Sequence record: MN106245.1
Reading direction: 5' to 3' (one strand)
DNA: 64,000 bases
Source: Klebsiella phage EI
In this document: in pieces, positions 61,458 to 64,000 of the stretch
How positions within the stretch are numbered: position 1 is the first letter of the stretch
Layout of the letters: each line of letters starts with the position of its first letter
Notes under the pieces: model-generated
The model's database searches: none
What the model was told of the DNA's origin: nothing
The model's input: only the letters and a program-made list of their open reading frames with translations
Translations under genes and position numbers: made by a program

Positions 61458-62300
61458 TCAGAAGGATGCTCTTAAAGCAGACGGACTTTTAGCAGTCCAT
61501 TTGTCTCTGCAATTGATGTACGGCTCTGGAGTAAATGGGACAAACGGACGTAAAGGTGTTTGGGCCCAAGGCTTATTTTTATTAGCTTCTTGAGCTTTAC
61601 GGATTAATTCCCAAATGGCATCTTCATGATCTTTACGGGTCCCAGGAGTACCTGCTATTTTATGAAGAGTAGCCAGGTTCCCAATATCAGAAGAACGCTT
61701 AGAAATCATATACTGAACTTCGGCCCAGTCTTTAACAAAATAAGCACCAGTTTTCTCGGCTCTTTCGCCGCGAGGCATAAAGAACACATCGACATCAGTT
61801 CCTTTGAATACCTTCATGGCGGCTTCACAGTGAGAAGGCAGATCATCGATATAACAAACAATCCGGGATCCATACTTTTCTTTAGCCTGAGAAAGAAGGG
61901 CGTCCTTAGACTCTGAATGGCCGCACATCAGGATCTCCTGGAATGCGCCAGGGAACAAAGAATTCAGATTGAACTGTCTATTCAGCTTAGCATCAATACT
62001 GTTGCCTAGCGCAGTTATAGCTACAAATTCGTAGTCTTTCTTTAGGTCATTGATGACCTTAAGGGCATCTTTATACGCGGCAAGGTATCGAATAAAATCA
62101 GAGTTATTGTACTTTTCCATAAGCTGCCTTCCAGTAGCAAGGTCAGTTTGGAAAATATCTGAAGCGCACCGGAACTTTTCGTCTGAAATCATCTCAATAA
62201 TGACGTCAGTTTTGATACCATATTTGTGTGCAAAATAAGCCAGGCCTGATTGCCACTGGATAACCACACCGTCGATATCAGTAAGAATAACCTTCTTCAT
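61458..62300 (-). CDS. 30.2-like HAD-superfamily hydrolase (putative nucleotidase)
   Basis: N-terminus MKKVILTDIDGVV is HAD motif I. Confidence 0.6.
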   Translation of the reverse strand: MKKVILTDIDGVVIQWQSGLAYFAHKYGIKTDVIIEMISDEKFRCASDIFQTDLATGRQLMEKYNNSDFIRYLAAYKDALKVINDLKKDYEFVAITALGNSIDAKLNRQFNLNSLFPGAFQEILMCGHSESKDALLSQAKEKYGSRIVCYIDDLPSHCEAAMKVFKGTDVDVFFMPRGERAEKTGAYFVKDWAEVQYMISKRSSDIGNLATLHKIAGTPGTRKDHEDAIWELIRKAQEANKNKPWAQTPLRPFVPFTPEPYINCRDKWTAKSPSALRASF

Positions 62301-62490
62301 TGGTTAAATCTCTTAGTTTAGATATTTTAAAAAGCTCGCTTTCAGCGTGCAGTGAAGTATTACCATCAACCCAGTTTACATTATACCACGGTTCGATGTG
62401 GTACTGTGGAATTGCTTCTAAACAATAGATAACAACACCTGGGATACCAGAGATGCCTAATGAGACTGTATCATGTCTTCTAAAGCGCAT
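62278..62490 (-). CDS. hypothetical small protein (30.3-like)
   Basis: ORF track. Confidence 0.4.
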   Translation of the reverse strand: MRFRRHDTVSLGISGIPGVVIYCLEAIPQYHIEPWYNVNWVDGNTSLHAESELFKISKLRDLTNEEGYSY

Positions 62491-62662
62491 AGCGGTCCTT
62501 TAATTTTTCAAGGTCTACAGATGACTCGAAGTCCGTTATAACTATGTAATTTCCTTGTTCGAGTCGTTTCTTCAGGACTTCCATATAGAAGCCTGATTTA
62601 GGCCACCCAGCCGTGATTAGATGGATTTCGCCTTGTTTAAAACCATTAGCTACTTGAATCAT
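62480..62662 (-). CDS. hypothetical small protein
   Basis: ORF track. Confidence 0.35.
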   Translation of the reverse strand: MIQVANGFKQGEIHLITAGWPKSGFYMEVLKKRLEQGNYIVITDFESSVDLEKLKDRYAL

Positions 62663-62886
62663 TGCACTGTAACCCAGTTAGGAAACTCAAAGAACTCTGG
62701 AGCATCTACGTAATAAACCACTTTATTACTTTCAACTTCACAACTAATAACTTCGATCATTTCGTTATTCATCAAGCAACGAGCCAGACGTGGAGCTTGG
62801 GCTTTAGGAACAGAAACACGCATAATATTTTCCTCAGAACTTAGTTTTGAATTTATTAGGCTCTTTAGGCATAACGGCGTTATCAC
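62659..62886 (-). CDS. hypothetical small protein
   Basis: ORF track. Confidence 0.4.
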   Translation of the reverse strand: MITPLCLKSLINSKLSSEENIMRVSVPKAQAPRLARCLMNNEMIEVISCEVESNKVVYYVDAPEFFEFPNWVTVQ

Positions 62887-63118
62887 CGTTATCGTCAGAA
62901 TAACCTACAGGACAGCCTGTAACTAATTTTTCCAGATGTGCGTTGATATAGTTGATCTGCAAAGAGTCAACGCCGTTGATAAGACGAAACTCTACAGGAC
63001 AATATTTATCAATATACTTACGAACAGCATCAATAGTAGGTACTTTACCATCGAAGGTATCACTAATGATAGTTTCGATGCCTTTACGTTTTTCGTTCCA
63101 GAAGCTTGATACGATCAT
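62834..63118 (-). CDS. hypothetical small protein
   Basis: ORF track. Confidence 0.4.
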   Translation of the reverse strand: MIVSSFWNEKRKGIETIISDTFDGKVPTIDAVRKYIDKYCPVEFRLINGVDSLQINYINAHLEKLVTGCPVGYSDDNGDNAVMPKEPNKFKTKF

Positions 63119-63648
63119 TTGAATTTTACCTCTACAGATGCAGTAGCTTCGATTTTCAGAACCTGAACAACCACTTCAGGAACAGCATTAAGAGCTTGAC
63201 GTTCAGCGAACTCATAAGCATCTTTAGAAGTCAAAGGACCTAAAATAGCTTTGGAGTCTTTGTTAACGGTAAGAACGTAATAATCGGCTTCTTCAGAAGG
63301 AGCCACCACAGGATCTGTCTCAATCAAATGGAACCCGGGAATAGCACTATTGTACGCGGTATCTAAGAAGATACACCAGTACTCGGAAAGCTCACCTTCG
63401 TAGGCTCGAAGGACTTTGCCACCTGGGATCTCAATAGCTAGAATGTTACCGCCTTCATCAGAATCCAAAACCTTGAATGGTAAATTAGTAGGATTACAGT
63501 CAACAAAAACTTCATCTATTTTGCTATAACGACCTAAGTATTCATTGAACTTCTCTGTAGACACTTTAAATGTTTTACCAGTAACGCTCATAGTGATTTC
63601 CTCAAAGATGGGGCCGAAGCCCCATTCAATTAACCGATAAAGGTCCAA
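63115..63648 (-). CDS. hypothetical protein (30.x region)
   Basis: ORF track; hairpin ATGGGGCCGAAGCCCCAT at 63608-63625 overlaps its 5' end. Confidence 0.45.
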   Translation of the reverse strand: MDLYRLIEWGFGPIFEEITMSVTGKTFKVSTEKFNEYLGRYSKIDEVFVDCNPTNLPFKVLDSDEGGNILAIEIPGGKVLRAYEGELSEYWCIFLDTAYNSAIPGFHLIETDPVVAPSEEADYYVLTVNKDSKAILGPLTSKDAYEFAERQALNAVPEVVVQVLKIEATASVEVKFK

Positions 63649-63802
63649 TGAGTTAAATCAATAAGACCTTTAGCTTTCATTTTTTCAATCAGGTCATCAG
63701 CCACTTGACGACCGTTTTTGTAATACGTTACATCTTCTGAGTAACCGTCTTCATCTTCGTAAGTCACGGAAATGATTTTACCAACAACAATGGTTTTCAA
63801 AA

Positions 63803-63994
63803 CTACTCTTCACCAGTGAAGAAATTAGTCAAACGAATTTTCCATGAGAAATCATCTGAAGGGCCTTCAGGAGTCATACAGTAAACCAGTTCGAATTGCT
63901 CTTTGCTAAGCATCCACTGGGCTTCGTGAACTACTTGGGCTTTATAGCCGTCATGGTCTTTACACTTAACAGTAGCATTCAGATTGATTTTCAT
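63803..63994 (-). CDS. hypothetical small protein
   Basis: ORF track. Confidence 0.35.
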   Translation of the reverse strand: MKINLNATVKCKDHDGYKAQVVHEAQWMLSKEQFELVYCMTPEGPSDDFSWKIRLTNFFTGEE

Positions 63995-64000
63995 TTTATT

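Overview
This 64-kb window is a contiguous segment of a T4-like (Tevenvirinae/Straboviridae) myovirus genome. It is clearly not T4 itself, but it is almost fully syntenic with the T4 map. From low to high coordinates it contains: a minus-strand early/accessory region of small ORFs; a tRNA cluster on the minus strand with more tRNAs than T4 has (Thr, Leu, Arg, Ile-CAU, Gln, an initiator-like Met, a class-II tRNA with a GUU anticodon, and several tRNA-like RNAs); an internal protein; 57B-57A-1-3-2-4 on the minus strand; then the plus-strand late morphogenesis block 53-5-5.1-5.4-6-7-8-9-10-11-12-wac-13-14-15-16-17-18-19-20-67-68-21-22-23 followed by two tandem gene-24 copies; then rnlB, hoc, inh, uvsW, uvsW.1, uvsY, 25, 26, 51, 27, 28, 29, 48, 54, alt, gene 30 DNA ligase and the 30.x early genes. 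Canonical T4 late promoters (TATAAATA) and GC-rich hairpin terminators sit at the expected gene boundaries. There are two sequence-quality problems. (i) Illumina TruSeq adapter plus poly(A) appears at 527-595, followed by a ~700-bp low-GC foreign fragment that is closed by a 52-bp duplicated junction; this is a chimeric assembly artefact. (ii) A second adapter/poly(A) stretch at 36727-36760 corrupts the portal gene 20. The genuinely unusual biology is in the hyperplastic regions. The tRNA cluster carries a PspA/IM30-like gene, a NADAR (YbiA-like) gene, a Lar-like zinc-finger gene and a ~440-nt structured non-coding block. A DprA/SLOG-like Rossmann gene is inserted between gene 24 and rnlB. Gene 24 is tandemly duplicated, Hoc is short, and wac and gp12 differ in length from T4.
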